Notes: generated from the letters alone by a model not told the origin. 63,081 nucleotides of DNA, filler included, from Octopus bimaculoides (GCF_001194135.2; 8 parts of 7 records of this genome joined end to end with filler, not necessarily neighbours in it), one strand, 5' to 3'. Numbered from the whole stretch's first letter, positions 25,033 through 38,792 are shown. Translations and numbers: made by a program.

Positions 25033-25191
25033 CAGTGCTCCGCAACCTTATTACTTGCGGTACACTTACATTCTTTTTAAATATATAACTAAAAGTATAG
25101 GGAAAAAATTATATTCAGGTTACACTGCAACACAACTAGCGTCGTCTCGTGGCACACCAGTGTACCGCGACATACCGGTTGCGGAGCACCG
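25033..25191. mobile_element. hAT-type MITE (159 bp) with 8-bp TSD
   Basis: TIRs cagtgctccgcaacc / ggttgcggagcaccg; TSD gtttagac / gtttcgac. Confidence 0.9.
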
Positions 25192-27186
25192 GTTTCGACT
25201 CGCAATGAAGGACGCCAAGTATCTGCTGTCTCCCAGCATCCTTTCATCTGCTTATCTGTCTCATTGCATTATTCACATGTATCTGACCTTAGCACTGATT
25301 GGTTAGATTCATGTGTTCGACAAACAGATCTCTGCGGGCAGGGGAAGTAATTTGCTATGTTCAACTGGATATGACCGTCCATATCGGTGACTGTCCCAAA
25401 TATTCTCCTGATTTATCCATGGAACGATGCTTAATCAAACAAACCAGTGAAAAATGACAACAACTAAATGAAGTCAAGTGAATTTATCGCCGCTAGGCTG
25501 CATCTAGGTACCCGGCACCAAAAAACTTGACAGTCATAAATCTTCGCGCCTATACCACCGGTGTCAACGGACAAAGACGGCCTATGGAACACAGACACTG
25601 CTTCAATGGTTGCATTTCATCACACGTGCAATTATGAATTCCATTCAAATTAAGCTCGATACGCAAACCTAGACGGGCAATTTTTCTTCTTCTCTCTTGT
25701 CATTCGAATCCTTCGCAAAAGAATTTATTTTTTGAAAATATGAGTTACAAAATGTTTAAAGATATCAATTCTATTATATGTAATACATAATTGATTTGCT
25801 ATTTAAAGNNNNNNNNNNNNNNNNNNNNNNNNNNNNNNNNNNNNNNNNNNNNNNNNNNNNNNNNNNNNNNNNNNNNNNNNNNNNNNNNNNNNNNNNNNNN
25901 NNNNNNNNNNNNNNNNNNNNNNNNNNNNNNNNNNNNNNNNNNNNNNNNNNNNNNNNNNNNNNNNNNNNNNNNNNNNNNNNNNNNNNNNNNNNNNNNNNNN
26001 NNNNNNNNNNNNNNNNNNNNNNNNNNNNNNNNNNNNNNNNNNNNNNNNNNNNNNNNNNNNNNNNNNNNNNNNNNNNNNNNNNNNNNNNNNNNNNNNNNNN
26101 NNNNNNNNNNNNNNNNNNNNNNNNNNNNNNNNNNNNNNNNNNNNNNNNNNNNNNNNNNNNNNNNNNNNNNNNNNNNNNNNNNNNNNNNNNNNNNNNNNNN
26201 NNNNNNNNNNCTCAGACCGGGCGTGGTGAATGTTTATTGAGCGAAAACACCTAAAGCTCCACGAGGCTCCGGCAGGGGATGGTGGCGAACTCTGCTGTAC
26301 TCTTCCACCACAACTTTCTTTCACTCATACTTCCTGTTTCTGTTGTACCTGTAATTCAAAGGGTCAGCCTTGTTACACTGTGTCACGCTGAATATCCCCG
26401 AGAACTACGTTAAGGGTACACGTGTCTGTGGAGTGCTCAGCCACTTACACGTTAATTTCACGAGCAGACTGTTCCGTTGATCGGATCAACTGGAACCCTC
26501 GACGCCGTAAGCGACAGAGTGCCAACAAACAATATGTGTTTGTATATAAGCAGAGAGAAGAAAAGAATGAGATAAATGGATGACATAACTATCAATGTAT
26601 AAAGAACAGATTTGAAGTTTCATTTTTCTTTACGATCCATAGTATTAATTTAAAACAGTCTTCAAGGCATTAGTGTACCTATCATAGCACTCTTTCTTAG
26701 TTGTCACTCCTTCTTGAAATAAGTAACGCATTGAATTGAATACGAACTGACAAGGCGGCCAAGATAACACCTCATTTGGACAATTAGTGGTGACNNNNNN
26801 NNNNNNNNNNNNNNNNNNNNNNNNNNNNNNNNNNNNNNTTAATTAATTAANNNNNNNNNNNNNNNNNNNNNNNNNNNNNNNNNNNNNNNNNNNNGCCAGG
26901 CTTTAAAAAGAAATAACTAAATAGTAGGATTAATTCATTCGGCTAAAAATTCTCCAAGGTGGTGCCCCAGCATGGCTGCAGTCCAATGACTGAAACAAGT
27001 AAAAGATAAAAAGATGAAAGACAGTCATAGTTAGCCAGAATTGGGAATCCAGCTGGTTGATTCTGATAGTACTATAGACAGAAGAGGTACCCTAGGACCC
27101 GACCCCACAATAACCCCCACCCCCAAGAATAGTGGATGGAGAAGAAAGATGGATAACAAGAAGAAGAAGAGATAAAGAGATATTAC

Positions 27187-27377
27187 ACTTGGTTTTTCAA
27201 TGATGACTATACTTTTCCTTGCAACTGGTAGAGAGATATCTGGTGTTGAGAGAGTCAGCTTATCAAGACTTGATGCAAAGAGTTTTTTTGCTAATGCATC
27301 TGAATATAGCCTTGATTTCTCGTAATTATGGTGGAGCCATGATGCAGTTGTTTGCAGATAACTTGGGTCGTTTTTGA
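27187..27377 (-). CDS. Probable exon of an unidentified protein-coding gene
   Basis: Strong acceptor ctttctctcaattcttttcag|TC; only one open frame: KNDPSYLQTTASWLHHNYEKSRLYSDALAKKLFASSLDKLTLSTPDISLPVARKSIVIIEKPS; donor uncertain (gtaata at 27186 or an earlier gtatag); phase 1 start fits the 32774 exon end. Confidence 0.65.
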
Positions 27378-28370
27378 CTGAAAAGAATTGAGAGAAAGTG
27401 TGATCAGCAGAGTGTTATTTCTTTATTGCCCACAAGGGGCTACACACAGAGGGGACAAACAAGGACAGACAAACAGATTAAGTCAATTATATCAACCCCA
27501 GTGCGTAGCTGGTACTTATTTAATCGACCCCGAAAGGATGAAAGGCAAAGTCGACCTCGACGGAATTTGAACTCAGAACACAAAGACAGACGAAATACCG
27601 CTAAGCATTTCGCCCGGTCTGCTAACGACTCTGCCAGCTCACCACCTTTGATCAGCAGTGTCGTTGGCGTTGTAGACATATGTTTGTCTAGAGTTTGAGA
27701 GTGACTTAAAAGGAGGGGAATATTTTGGTGCTGTAGACCCCTAGCAAGTGGCCCAGGCGTCAGGCTGTTGCACTCACAATTGTCAGATCATGGTTTCAAT
27801 TCCCAGACTGGTTTTGTGTTGAGTTCTTGAGCAAAACACTTCGTTTCATGCTGCTTCGGTCTAAACAAAAACCTGATATTCTGTCTGTTATGATTACGAG
27901 GGTTCCAGTTGATCTGATCAATGGAACAGCCTCTTCATGAAATAAACGTGCAAGTGGCTGAGCACTCCACAGATATGTGTACCCTTAATGTAGTTCTCAG
28001 GGCGGTTCAGTGTGACACAGCGTTTGACATGGCTAACCCTTTGAAATACAGGTACAACTCATTTTTGCAAGTCGGGTGGACTGGAGCAATGTGAAATAAA
28101 GTATCTTGCTCAAGGATATAATACATCACCAGGAATTGAACTCACGACCTTACGATCATGAGCCGAATGCCCTAACCACTGAGCCACGTGCCTTCATTGC
28201 TTCAGTTCACTCAGCTGAAAATGGATAACCTTGTGACTGATTGGCATACAAGGGTGACTCAGGGTTGACTCAGGGAAACTAACCTGAACAAAGGTCTCAC
28301 CATCATCATCACCACCATCATCATCATCATCATTACCACCACCACCACCATCATCATCACCACCACCACC

Positions 28371-28401
<31 letters not shown>

Positions 28402-30200
28402 CCACCTCCATCATCATCATCACCACCACACCACCATCATCATCATCATCATTATCATCATAATTATTTAGCATCTGCTTTCCATGCTGGCATTGGACAG
28501 ACAGTTTGACTGCAACCAACTGGTAAGCTACAGAGCTGTACCAGGTTCCGGTCTGATTTGACTTGATTTTGGACTCAGTGGTCAAAATGATGAATAGCAC
28601 AAGCCGTATTGTGATTCCTGACTGATTGGGATTGGTTTCTCAGCCATGTTAAAGGTTCATTGATTGAGCACAGAATCAGCAGATTTTTGTAAAAAACATG
28701 ACAAAGACACAGGTGTGGCTGTGTGGTAAGAAGCTTGCTTCCCAACCACATGATTCCAGGTTCAGTCCCACTGCATGGCACTTTGGGAAGGTGTTTTCTA
28801 CTATAGCCTCAGACCAACCAAAGCCTTTTGAGTGGATTTAGTAGACGGAAAGAAAGAAATAAGCCTATCATATATATATGTATATATATTTATGTATGTG
28901 TCTATGTTTGTCGCCCTGCTATATCTTGACAACCAATGTTGGTGTGTTTATGTCCCTATAAGTTTGGCAAAAGAGACTGATAGAATAAGTACTGGGCTTA
29001 CAAAGAATAAGTCTTGAGTTTGATTTATTTGACTAAAACCCTTTAAGGCAGTGCTCCAGCATGACCACTGTCAAATGACTGAAAGAATAAAAGAATTTAT
29101 ATGGCTGTGTGGTAAGAAGCTTGCTTCCCAATGACATGGTTCCTGGTTAAGTCCCACTGCGTGGCACCGTGGGCAAGTGTCTTCTACTATAGCCTTGGGC
29201 CTACCAAAGCCTTGTGAGTGGATTTGGTAGACGGAAACTGAAAGAAGCCCATCATATNNNNNNNNNNNNNNNNNNNNNNNNNNNNNNNNNNNNNNNNNNN
29301 NNNNNNNNNNNNNNNNNNNNNNNNNNNNNNNNNNNNNNNNNNNNNNNNNNNNNNNNNNNNNNNNNNNNNNNNNNNNNNNNNNNNNNNNNNNNNNNNNNNN
29401 NNNNNNNNNNNNNNNNNNNNNNNNNNNNNNNNNNNNNNNNNNNNNNNNNNNNNNNNNNNNNNNNNNNNNNNNNNNNNNNNNNNNNNNNNNNNNNNNNNNN
29501 NNNNNNNNNNNNNNNNNNNNNNNNNNNNNNNNNNNNNNNNNNNNNNNNNATGACTGAAACGGGTGAAAAAGAGAAAAGATACAAAATAATAGGATTTAGC
29601 CCCCAAAATAAACAGAATTCTTTTCAACCCTAGGCACAAGGCCAGAAATTTGGGGGGAGGAGGCCAGTCAATTACATCCTCCCCAGTGTTCAACTGGTAC
29701 TTAATTTATTGACCCCAAAAGGATAAAAGTCAAAGTCGACCTCAGCGGAATTTGAACTCAAAACATCAAGACAGGTGAAATACTGCCAAGCATTTCTGCC
29801 AGCTCACTGCCTTCCCAAAATAAGTAGAATTATAACGAGACTGTCATCATTATTTCATTATCATCATCATCATCATTTAACATCCGTTTTCTATGTTGGC
29901 ATGTGTTGGACGGTTTGACAGGTGTTGGCCAGCTGGGGAACTGTGGAGACACCAGTTGTCTGCTTTGGCATAATTTCTATGGCCAGATGCCCTTTCTAAT
30001 GCCAAACACTTTACAGAATGTTCTGAGTGCTTTTTATGTGGCACTGGCACATGCATTTACAGGAAATATTTCCTTTGAATTATCTATAAGATCTGTCTCC
30101 AAAAGACGAACCCCACTTTTTTTTTTTACCATATTTCTGTTGAAATATACTGATTTTGTTTCAATGAATTATAAAAATAATGTCACAATTAATTTATATA

Positions 30201-30440
30201 CAGTAACCCCTCACTTTATGAGGATCTACATTACAAGACCCTAGATTTACAAATTTTATTTTATAATCAATATAAAAAGGTTAAACAGCTATTTTGTGTG
30301 CGTGGCAACACTAGTTCTGATGTGTCTGCACAGCGACAGAGTAAAATGACGGCATAAAATGTCATTTATACTATGGGACGAGTTTTCGCTTTACAAGTGA
30401 TCTCTGGGAAGAAATTAATTCATATATTGAAGCATTACTG
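30201..30440. mobile_element. Tigger/pogo-like MITE with TA TSD
   Basis: ta|cagtaacccctcacttt ... gaagcattactg|ta. Confidence 0.65.
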
Positions 30441-31719
30441 TATGTGGTTTGTGTGTGTTGAACATGATGAAGAACTAAAAATTTATTAATGTGTAAACCA
30501 GGTTTGTGTAAGAGTGTATAATGATATAAGGGAAAATATTATATATACTGGTTTGTCTAAGGATGTATAGCATTATAAGAATGTAAATATATAATATATA
30601 ATTACCTAATTGACGTAATGGTGTTCGCTCCTTGTATCTTGGGAATTTCTTGGCTGAAGTCTCTAGAGTTAAGAAACAAACCTTGTTTTATAAGACAAAT
30701 AGGTCTTGCTTAAATGACACAACACACACACACAGTCTCCCACAGCTACATACATACATGATGATGACTGCAAACTCGTGTTCAAGTATTGCCATCGTCT
30801 GATCGAAAGTCCCACACATGCGAAGGCTACGACCATCCATTTTTGTGATAGGTTTTACTTAATTTTCATCCTGTGCATTATGATTTTTTTTTTATCGTGG
30901 GGAAAGGATTTGCACAAATCCAATCCCACTCTCTGAACATGGACAGCATAAACTTGAAAAGAACTAGTCTACATCATCGAATATTGCCAGTGTCACAGGT
31001 TTTCTCTCAGCGTTTCCCAACAGAAGAGCCTCTCACTCCCAGTGGGCCAAATGCCTGCCTGGTCACCAGCCCAGGTATTTCCACATATTTACATACATGC
31101 ATACATACACATGTACACATATTGTTGGATGGCCACTGACTGCTCATGAGTTTTTCTGCCCTTTGACAGGTCTTATTTTTCATTCTGCAGGGTGTCCAAC
31201 AATTACCCTCATCACCAAGCAAGCTTGATGGGCTCACCAGTTTAGTTGCCAACAACCTGACCAAACAACAGGTTGTACTGGGTTACATGTCACCAGTAGC
31301 ACCCAAGAAAGACCGATACATACTTACATATATGATGGCTGCCCCCTCGTTACTGAGTATGGCCATTGCCTGAGGGTTAACTGTTAATGGTGCTCTGATT
31401 GAATGTGATTTTTTAGCCCAGCTAAAGATCTACAATGTCTTGTACAGAATTGGCAGCTAAAACCTTTACCAGCAATAGCCGGCTGTAGTTGTAACTGGGC
31501 TTCATGTACCTTTGCATACATGTATACATACATACATACACACATACATACATACACACATACATATCCAGCGAATTTGTCTACAGTTCATCTGCAGCAA
31601 TTTATCGACAGATACAATTCATTTACACACACACACACAACCACACACACACACACACACACAAACCACATAAACACATACGACCACACACACATAGAAG
31701 CACACATAAAATGTTGTAG

Positions 31720-32580
31720 TGGATCATCCCATAAATAATGTGGTTTTTTTCAGTTACATGAACTAAAAGTCAGAGAGGGACAGGATAAACTACCTGCATC
31801 AACCTGCTATAAAAGCAGGTAGCAATTTTACCTTGTCCTTATTCTTAGTGCAAGTTTTGAAGAGTACAGTTCGATTTTAACAGTAATTTTTTCAAAGCTA
31901 TAATGGAAGTGACAAAGAAACATATTTGGTATATTTTGCTTTATGAGTTCAATAAAGGCAACAATGCAACGGAAAGTGCGAGGAATACAAATGCTGTATA
32001 TGGGGACTGGACAATGAGCGTTAGCCAGTGTCAATGGTGGCTCCAGAAATTCTGAGCCGGAAACTACAGCCTAGAAGACGAGCCTCATCCTGGAAGATCT
32101 GAAGAGATCGATGAGGATGTCCTGCAAACCCTGGTGGAACAAAATTTCATTGTAACTGTTCAGGAACTAGCAGAGAAGCTTGGATTTGGTCAGTCAACCA
32201 TTCATTGACACCTGCATGCCATTGGAAAGGTCAGCAAATTGGGTCAATGGGTTCCTCACAAACTGTCCAAGTCTAATTACATGTAGAGAGTGAATGTGTG
32301 CTCTTCTTCTTTGCTGTCACATCTCACAAATGAACCATTTTTTGTCCCACCATATTCACTGGACATTGCCCTATCTGGTTATTATTTATTCTGCAGTCTT
32401 CAAAATCATTTGGACAGAAAAATATTAATTCTATAGACGACGTCAGAACAATACTGGAGGAATACTTTTCATCACGGAGAAGTGAATTTTGGAAAAGGGG
32501 CCTTGGATGTCTGCCAGATAGATGGAAGAGTGTTGTAGAAAATGGAGAGTATATTTTAGATTCAAAAAGAACTTTGTTGA
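31720..32580 (+). mobile_element. Mariner transposon with internal deletion
   Basis: ATG at 31903: MEVTKKHIWYILLYEFNKGNNATESA...LEDEPHPGR...QELAEKLG...LGQWVPHKLS, joined directly to PPYSLDIALSGYYLF...RWKSVVENGEYI; most of the catalytic domain is missing; left TIR-like ggatcatcccataaataatg. Confidence 0.9.
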
Positions 32581-32773
32581 TGATTTTTTTTTTCTTTCTT
32601 TGGACTTTTCTCTTTTTCCTTTCTGATGCCTGTGCATATATGCATGTATCTGCCAGTCTACCAAATTGGAACAAACACATACAAAATATTTCAAAAGTAG
32701 TGAAGAATTCTCAAAGACATTTTGAAAAGAGTAAAAAATAAAAAAAAAAAGAGAAACGATAAAAAACCCTTAC

Positions 32774-32887
32774 TCAGTAATTTTTTGGAAATCTCTGTCA
32801 TTTCATCTTTTATATAATCATCTGGAACAATCAGACCATTTTCTTTGAGTAACTTGGAATTAACATACGACCGGTAGCAGGAGAATC
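32774..32887 (-). CDS. Probable exon of the same unidentified gene
   Basis: tttcctgcatcttttcag|GA...CTGA|gtaagg; 114 nt, phase 1-1; FSCYRSYVNSKLLKENGLIVPDDYIKDEMTEISKKLL. Confidence 0.72.
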
Positions 32888-33319
32888 CTGAAAAGATGCA
32901 GGAAATGAGATTTAATTACTAAAATTTTAATCATTATCTTTTTAACGTTCACCTTTCAGTGCTTAAGATGGGTCAGACAGAATTTGTTGAGGTAGATTAT
33001 CTACAGTTGGGTACCCTTCCTGGCACTAAATCTCACCTGTTTCCAGGTAAGGAAATATTTCCTCATTGCCAGTTGTGTTCTTCACTGAAAACTGGAAACG
33101 AACGATTCAGCTTGAATGGCAAAACAAGGTTTTAAACTATTGCACAATACCAAGGCAAGGATTCAGTCACACACACACATCATTTAAAGTTCATTTTCCA
33201 AGCTGGCATGGGTTGGACAGTGTGACCAGAGCTAGCAAGTTGGGTGGTGGCACTGCACCAGACTCCTGTCTGATTTGGAATGGTTTCTACAGCTGGAAGC
33301 TCTTCCTAGCACCAACCAC

Positions 33320-33560
33320 TTTACAAAGTGTGCTGGGTGCTTTTATGTGGCACCTCACAGGCAATTTTATGTGGTGTCACATGGGCACTTTTACGTGACA
33401 CCACACAGGCACTTTTGTGTGGTGTTGTACAGGCACTTCTACATGGCACCGCATGGGCATTTTTATGTGACATCACATGGGATCTTTTACATGAGCGTTT
33501 TTGCATGGCGTCACACAGGCACTTTTATGTGGCACCACACTGACATATTTAGATGACACT
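33320..33560. repeat. Tandem expansion of about 24 bp inside an RTE 3' UTR relic
   Basis: ttttatgtggcaccacacaggcac-like units following the RTE motif gggtgctttt. Confidence 0.75.
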
Positions 33561-34639
33561 GTTATGAGTGCCTCACACCACCTGCAGGATCAGTTATAAC
33601 ACTTCTGCTGCAGGGTACGGTTTTCTTGAGATCAGCCAAACACCAATACACATACATATATCTATATATTTATGATGGGCTTCTACGCAGTTTCTATCTA
33701 CCAAATTCATTCACAAGGCATCTGTTGACCCGGGATGATCGTAGATGACACTTTCCCCAAGGTGCCATGCAGTGGGACTGAATTCAATACCACATGGTAA
33801 GGAAGCAAGATTCTTAACCACACATCCTCATCAGCTTTACTTCCATTATCCATGCTGACATGGGTTAGAAGGCTCATTCCAGTCTAACTCATCTCAAGCT
33901 GGGGCATGTCACTTCCGTAGACAGATGCTTATGCGTCATTTGGCATAACTGCTACAAATTGATGCCCTTCCACTTTCCAATAATCCTATGGAGTGTATTG
34001 GAGATGCTTCATTGTGGCCCCTTAAATGTTATTAGATATTATAAACAGTAATTAGAGGCAGCAGGCAGTAACAACAAAATAACTGTTAATTGCTTTTAGG
34101 GTCTCACTGAAAACTGTGTCTTTGAATTCATTTGTACCACATTCCTGTTGATAACATCTGTTAATTCCCCTCTCTCTCCCTTTCGCACCCACTCTCTCCT
34201 TCTCCCTCTCCCCCCTCTCTCTTCTTCTTGCCTCCACTCTCTCTCTACAAAATCTTTCTTTAACTGTTGGTACAGCCTTGCTGAAGACTATAAACACAGA
34301 CAGAAAGAAACACACACAGAGGACAGGCTTCTTTCAGTTTCCATCTACCAAATCCACTCACAAGGCTGTGGTCAGTTCGAGGCTGTAGTAGAAGACACTT
34401 GCCCAAGATGACATGCAATGGGACTGAAACTGGAACCATGTGGTTGGGAAGCAAGCACCCAATATAACCCATCATAATAATAATAATAATAATAACAATG
34501 ATCCTTTCTACTATAGGCACAAGGCCTGAAATTTGTGGGGAGGGAATGAGTCAATTATATTGACCCCAGTGTTTCACTGGTACTTAATTTATCTACACTG
34601 AAAGGATGAAAAGCAAAGTCGAACTCGGCAGAATAACAA

Positions 34640-35410
34640 TCATCATCATCGTTTAACGTCCGCTTTCCATGCTAGCATGGGTTGGACGATTTGACTGAGG
34701 ACTGGTGAAACCGGATGGCAACACCAGGCTCCAGTCTAATTTGGCAGAGTTTCTACAGCTGGATGCCCTTCCTAATGCCAACCACTCAGAGAGTGTAGTG
34801 GGTGCTTTTNNNNNNNNNNNNNNNNNNNNNNNNNNNNNNNNNNNNNNNNNNNNNNNNNNNNNNNNNNNNNNNNNNNNNNNNNNNNNNNNNNNNNNNNNNN
34901 NNNNNNNNNNNNNNNNNNNNNNNNNNNNNNNNNNNNNNNNNNNNNNNNNNNNNNNNNNNNNNNNNNNNNNNNNNNNNNNNNNNNNNNNNNNNNNNNNNNN
35001 NNNNNNNNNNNNNNNNNNNNNNNNNNNNNNNNNNNNNNNNNNNNNNNNNNNNNNNNNNNNNNNNNNNNNNNNNNNNNNNNNNNNNNNNNNNNNNNNNNNN
35101 NNNNNNNNNNNNNNNNNNNNNNNNNNNNNNNNNNNNNNNNNNNNNNNNNNNNNNNNNNNNNNNNGGTCAGTAGTCATCGCCTTGGTGAGGCCCAATGTAC
35201 GAAGGTCTTGCCTCACCGCCTCAGCCCAGGTCTTCCTGGGCCTACCTCTTCCACGGGTTCCCTCAACTGTTAGGGTGTGGCACTTTTTCACGCAGCTATC
35301 CTCATCCATTCTCACCACATGTCCATACCAGCGCAATCGTCTCTCTTGCACACCACAACTGATGCTTCTAATGTTCAGCTTTTCTCTCAAGATACTTACA
35401 CTCTGACATT
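34640..35410 (-). mobile_element. RTE LINE 3' end (gapped)
   Basis: LREKLNIRSISCGVQERRLRWYGHVVRMDEDSCVKKCHTLTVEGTRGRGRPRKTW plus 3' UTR. Confidence 0.9.
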
Positions 35411-35609
35411 CTTTCCAATGGCAGCACAAGGCCTTAAATTTGGGAGAAGGGATTAAGTTGATTACTTCGACCCCAGTGCATGACTGGTACTTAGTTAACT
35501 GACCCCCAAGAGGATGCAAAATAAAGTCGACCTCGGCGACATTTGAACTCAGAACGTAGTGTAAGACGAAATACCGGCATGCTAATGATTCTGCCAGATT
35601 GCCGCCTTA

Positions 35610-35696
35610 ATAATAATAACTTCTAACTTGTTGTCCCTTGATGTCTCTGAGTGAGACTTGGAGCCAACTTGTACAAATACAAAGCAAAAGTCAAAC

Positions 35697-35727
<31 letters not shown>

Positions 35728-36845
35728 CGCTGACAAATGGTATAAACACCATCCTGTAGCTGTGACAGGGAGAAAATGTATCGATTCTCTGGGACTTCCC
35801 CGTACATACCGACAAGGCTATAAAAGCTAATAAACCGGATATTATTATAAAAGATCAGACAAAGAAGACGTGTTTATTAATTGACATGAGTATTCCCTGC
35901 GATCATAATATAGCGGCGAAAGAATTTGACAAGATCAGTAAATATAAAGACTTGCTAATAGAAATTGAAAAAATGTGGCACCTCAAGGCGACTACCATAC
36001 CAGTGATTGTAGGATCTCTAGGAATGATAAAAAAAGGTACTGAAACCTATTTGAAAATGATACCAGGCTTACCATCCCTACAGGAAGTGCCAAAATGCGT
36101 GCTAACTGGAACGACTCATGTACTAAGAAGAGCATTATCGTTGTGAAAACAACATCCATTCATGAATTTTTTTTTTTTCTTTTCTTAAATACATGTTTTA
36201 CCTGTGAATTTACGTGTGTAAACTGGGAATNNNNNNNNNNNNNNNNNNNNNNNNNNNNNNNNNNNNNNNNNNNNNNNNNNNNNNNNNNNNNNNNNNNNNN
36301 NNNNNNNNNNNNNNNNNNNNNNNNNNNNNNNNNNNNNNNNNNNNNNNNNNNNNNNNNNNNNNNNNNNNNNNNNNNNNNNNNNNNNNNNNNNNNNNNNNNN
36401 NNNNNNNNNNNNNNNNNNNNNNNNNNNNNNNNNNNNNNNNNNNNNNNAGAAAGAAGAAAAAAAAACAACATAATAATAATAGAGACTAAAACAATACCTA
36501 TTGTCATAGGTGCCCTGGGAATGACAGCGAAACGGGCTGATTACTACCTAGCTCAGATACCAGGAAACCCCAAAATGGCTGAAGTTCAAAAGATAGTGCT
36601 CATGGGAACTGCCCATATCCTACGTAAAATACTGTCTATGTGATCTCAAATTTTAAAACAAACACATAATTTTCTTATGGTTTCTTAAACATTCACTAGA
36701 ACAAAACTGTACAAATCCAAATATATGGTACCCTAGGCATAACACCTATATGAACTTCTAACTTGTTGTCTCTTGAGGTCTCTGGGTGAGACTTGGATCC
36801 AACTTGTACAAATTCAAAGCAAAAGTCAAACATAAAATAATAATA
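35610..36845 (+). mobile_element. Stack of three R4/Dong-like 3' fragments separated by (TAA)n; REL endonuclease visible
   Basis: ILWDFPVHTDKAIKANKPDIIIKD...CLLIDMSIP...KISKYKDL...GTTHVLRRALSL*; second copy IPIVIGALG...GTAHILRKILSM*; identical-type 3' ends at about 35620-35725 and 36755-36845. Confidence 0.88.
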
Positions 36846-38554
36846 ATGGTTTTAAATTTTGGCACAATGCCAGCAAGTTCAGAGGAGGGGGTAACTTGAT
36901 AATATCAACCCCAGTGCACAACTGGTACTTATTTTATCAATCCTAGAAGGTTGAAAGGCAAAGTTGACCTCAGCAGAATTTGAACTCAGAATGTAAAGAC
37001 ACTAACCATTTTGTCTGGTGTGTTAATGGTTCTGCCGGCTTGGTGTTTCAGTGTATGACATATAATGAAAGGTATTTCAAATGTGACCCTCCAGCCTTCT
37101 TTGTATACATCAAGGACTGGAAACACTTTATGATTATATAGGCGCAGGAGTGGCTGTGTGGTAAGTAGCTTGCTTACCAACCACACGGTTCCGGGTTCAG
37201 TCCCACTGTGTGGCACCTTAGGCAAGTGTCTTCTACTATAGCCTCGGGCCGACCAAAGCCTTGTGAGTGGATTTGGTAGACAGAAACCGAAAGAAGCCCG
37301 TCGTATATATGTATCATCATCATCATCATTGTTTAACATCCGCCTTCCATGCTAGCATGGGTTGGACGATTTGACTGAGGACTGGTGGACCAGGAGGCAA
37401 CACCAGGCTCCAATCTGATTTGGCAGAGTTTTTACAGCTGGATGCCCTTCCTAACGCNNNNNNNNNNNNNNNNNNNNNNNNNNNNNNNNNNNNNNNNNNN
37501 NNNNNNNNNNNNNNNNNNNNNNNNNNNNNNNNNNNNNNNNNNNNNNNNNNNNNNNNNNNNNNNNNNNNNNNNNNNNNNNNNNNNNNNNNNNNNNNNNNNN
37601 NNNNNNNNNNNNNNNNNNNNNNNNNNNNNNNNNNNNNNNNNNNNNNNNNNNNNNNNNNNNNNNNNNNNNNNNNNNNNNNNNNNNNNNNNNNNNNNNNNNN
37701 NNNNNNNNNNNNNNNNNNNNNNNNNNNNNNNNNNNNNNNNNNNNNNNNNNNNNNNNNNNNNNNNNNNNNNNNNNNNNNNNNNNNNNNNNNNNNNNNNNNN
37801 NNNNNNNNNNNNNNNNNNNNNNNNNNNNNNNNNNNNNNNNNNNNNNNNNNNNNNNNNNNNNNNNNNNNNNNNNNNNNNNNNNNNNNNNNNNNNNNNNNNN
37901 NNNNNNNNNNNNNNNNNNNNNNNNNNNNNNNNNNNNNNNNNNNNNNNNNNNNNNNNNNNNNNNNNNNNNNNNNNNNNNNNNNNNNNNNNNNNNNNNNAAA
38001 CCTTTCAAGGGTGGTGGTGGTGGTGGGAGGAGAAAAGGGAGCAGAAAATGAAACGGAAATAAAACAATAAAAAAGCAAAGACCAATAAGTTATAGTATGT
38101 GTGTGTGTACATGTGTGTGTGAGTGTGTACATGTGTGTGTGTGTACATGTGTGTGTGAGTGTGTACATGTGTGTGTGTGTACATGTGTGTGTGAGTGTGT
38201 ACATGTGTGTGTGTACATGTGTGTGAGTGTGAGTGTGTACATGTGTGTGTGTGTGTGTGTGCTGTGAGATGACATTCTTGATGGTGGTGGTAATGGTGGT
38301 TTGGTGATGATTGTAGCAGTCAGTGATGGTGCATGGCTCACTGGTTAGAGGTATTTGGCTCACAATCATAAGGTCATGAGTTCAATTCCCAGCAACATGT
38401 TGTGTCCTTGAGCAAGACACTTTATTCCACATTGCTCCAGGCCACTCAGCTGGCAAAAATAAGTTGAACCTGTGATTCAAAGGGGCCAGCCTTGTTACGT
38501 TCAGTGTCACGTTGAATCTTCATGAGAACTATGTTAAGGGTATGTGTGTCTGTG

Positions 38555-38758
38555 GAGTGCTACTACTACTACTACTGGTAGTAGTAGTAGTAGTGGTGGT
38601 GGTGGTAGTAGTGGTGGTGGTGGTAGTAGTAGTGATGGTGGTGGTGATGGTGGTGGTAGTAGTAGCAGCAGCAGTAGTTGTGGTGGTAGTAGTAGTAGCA
38701 GTAGTTGTGGTTGTGGTGGTGGTGTTAGTAGCAGTAGTTGTGGTTGTGGTGGTGGTGT

Positions 38759-38792
<34 letters not shown>

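Noticed and set aside
34098-34148. Candidate exon CYQQECGTNEFKDTVF for the unknown gene
   Set aside because: Acceptor lies in a purine-rich tract and the phase does not bridge 38963.
37140-37230. tRNA-like segments with A/B boxes (many)
   Set aside because: They are SINE heads continuing into SINE bodies; no complete cloverleaf tRNA gene was seen.
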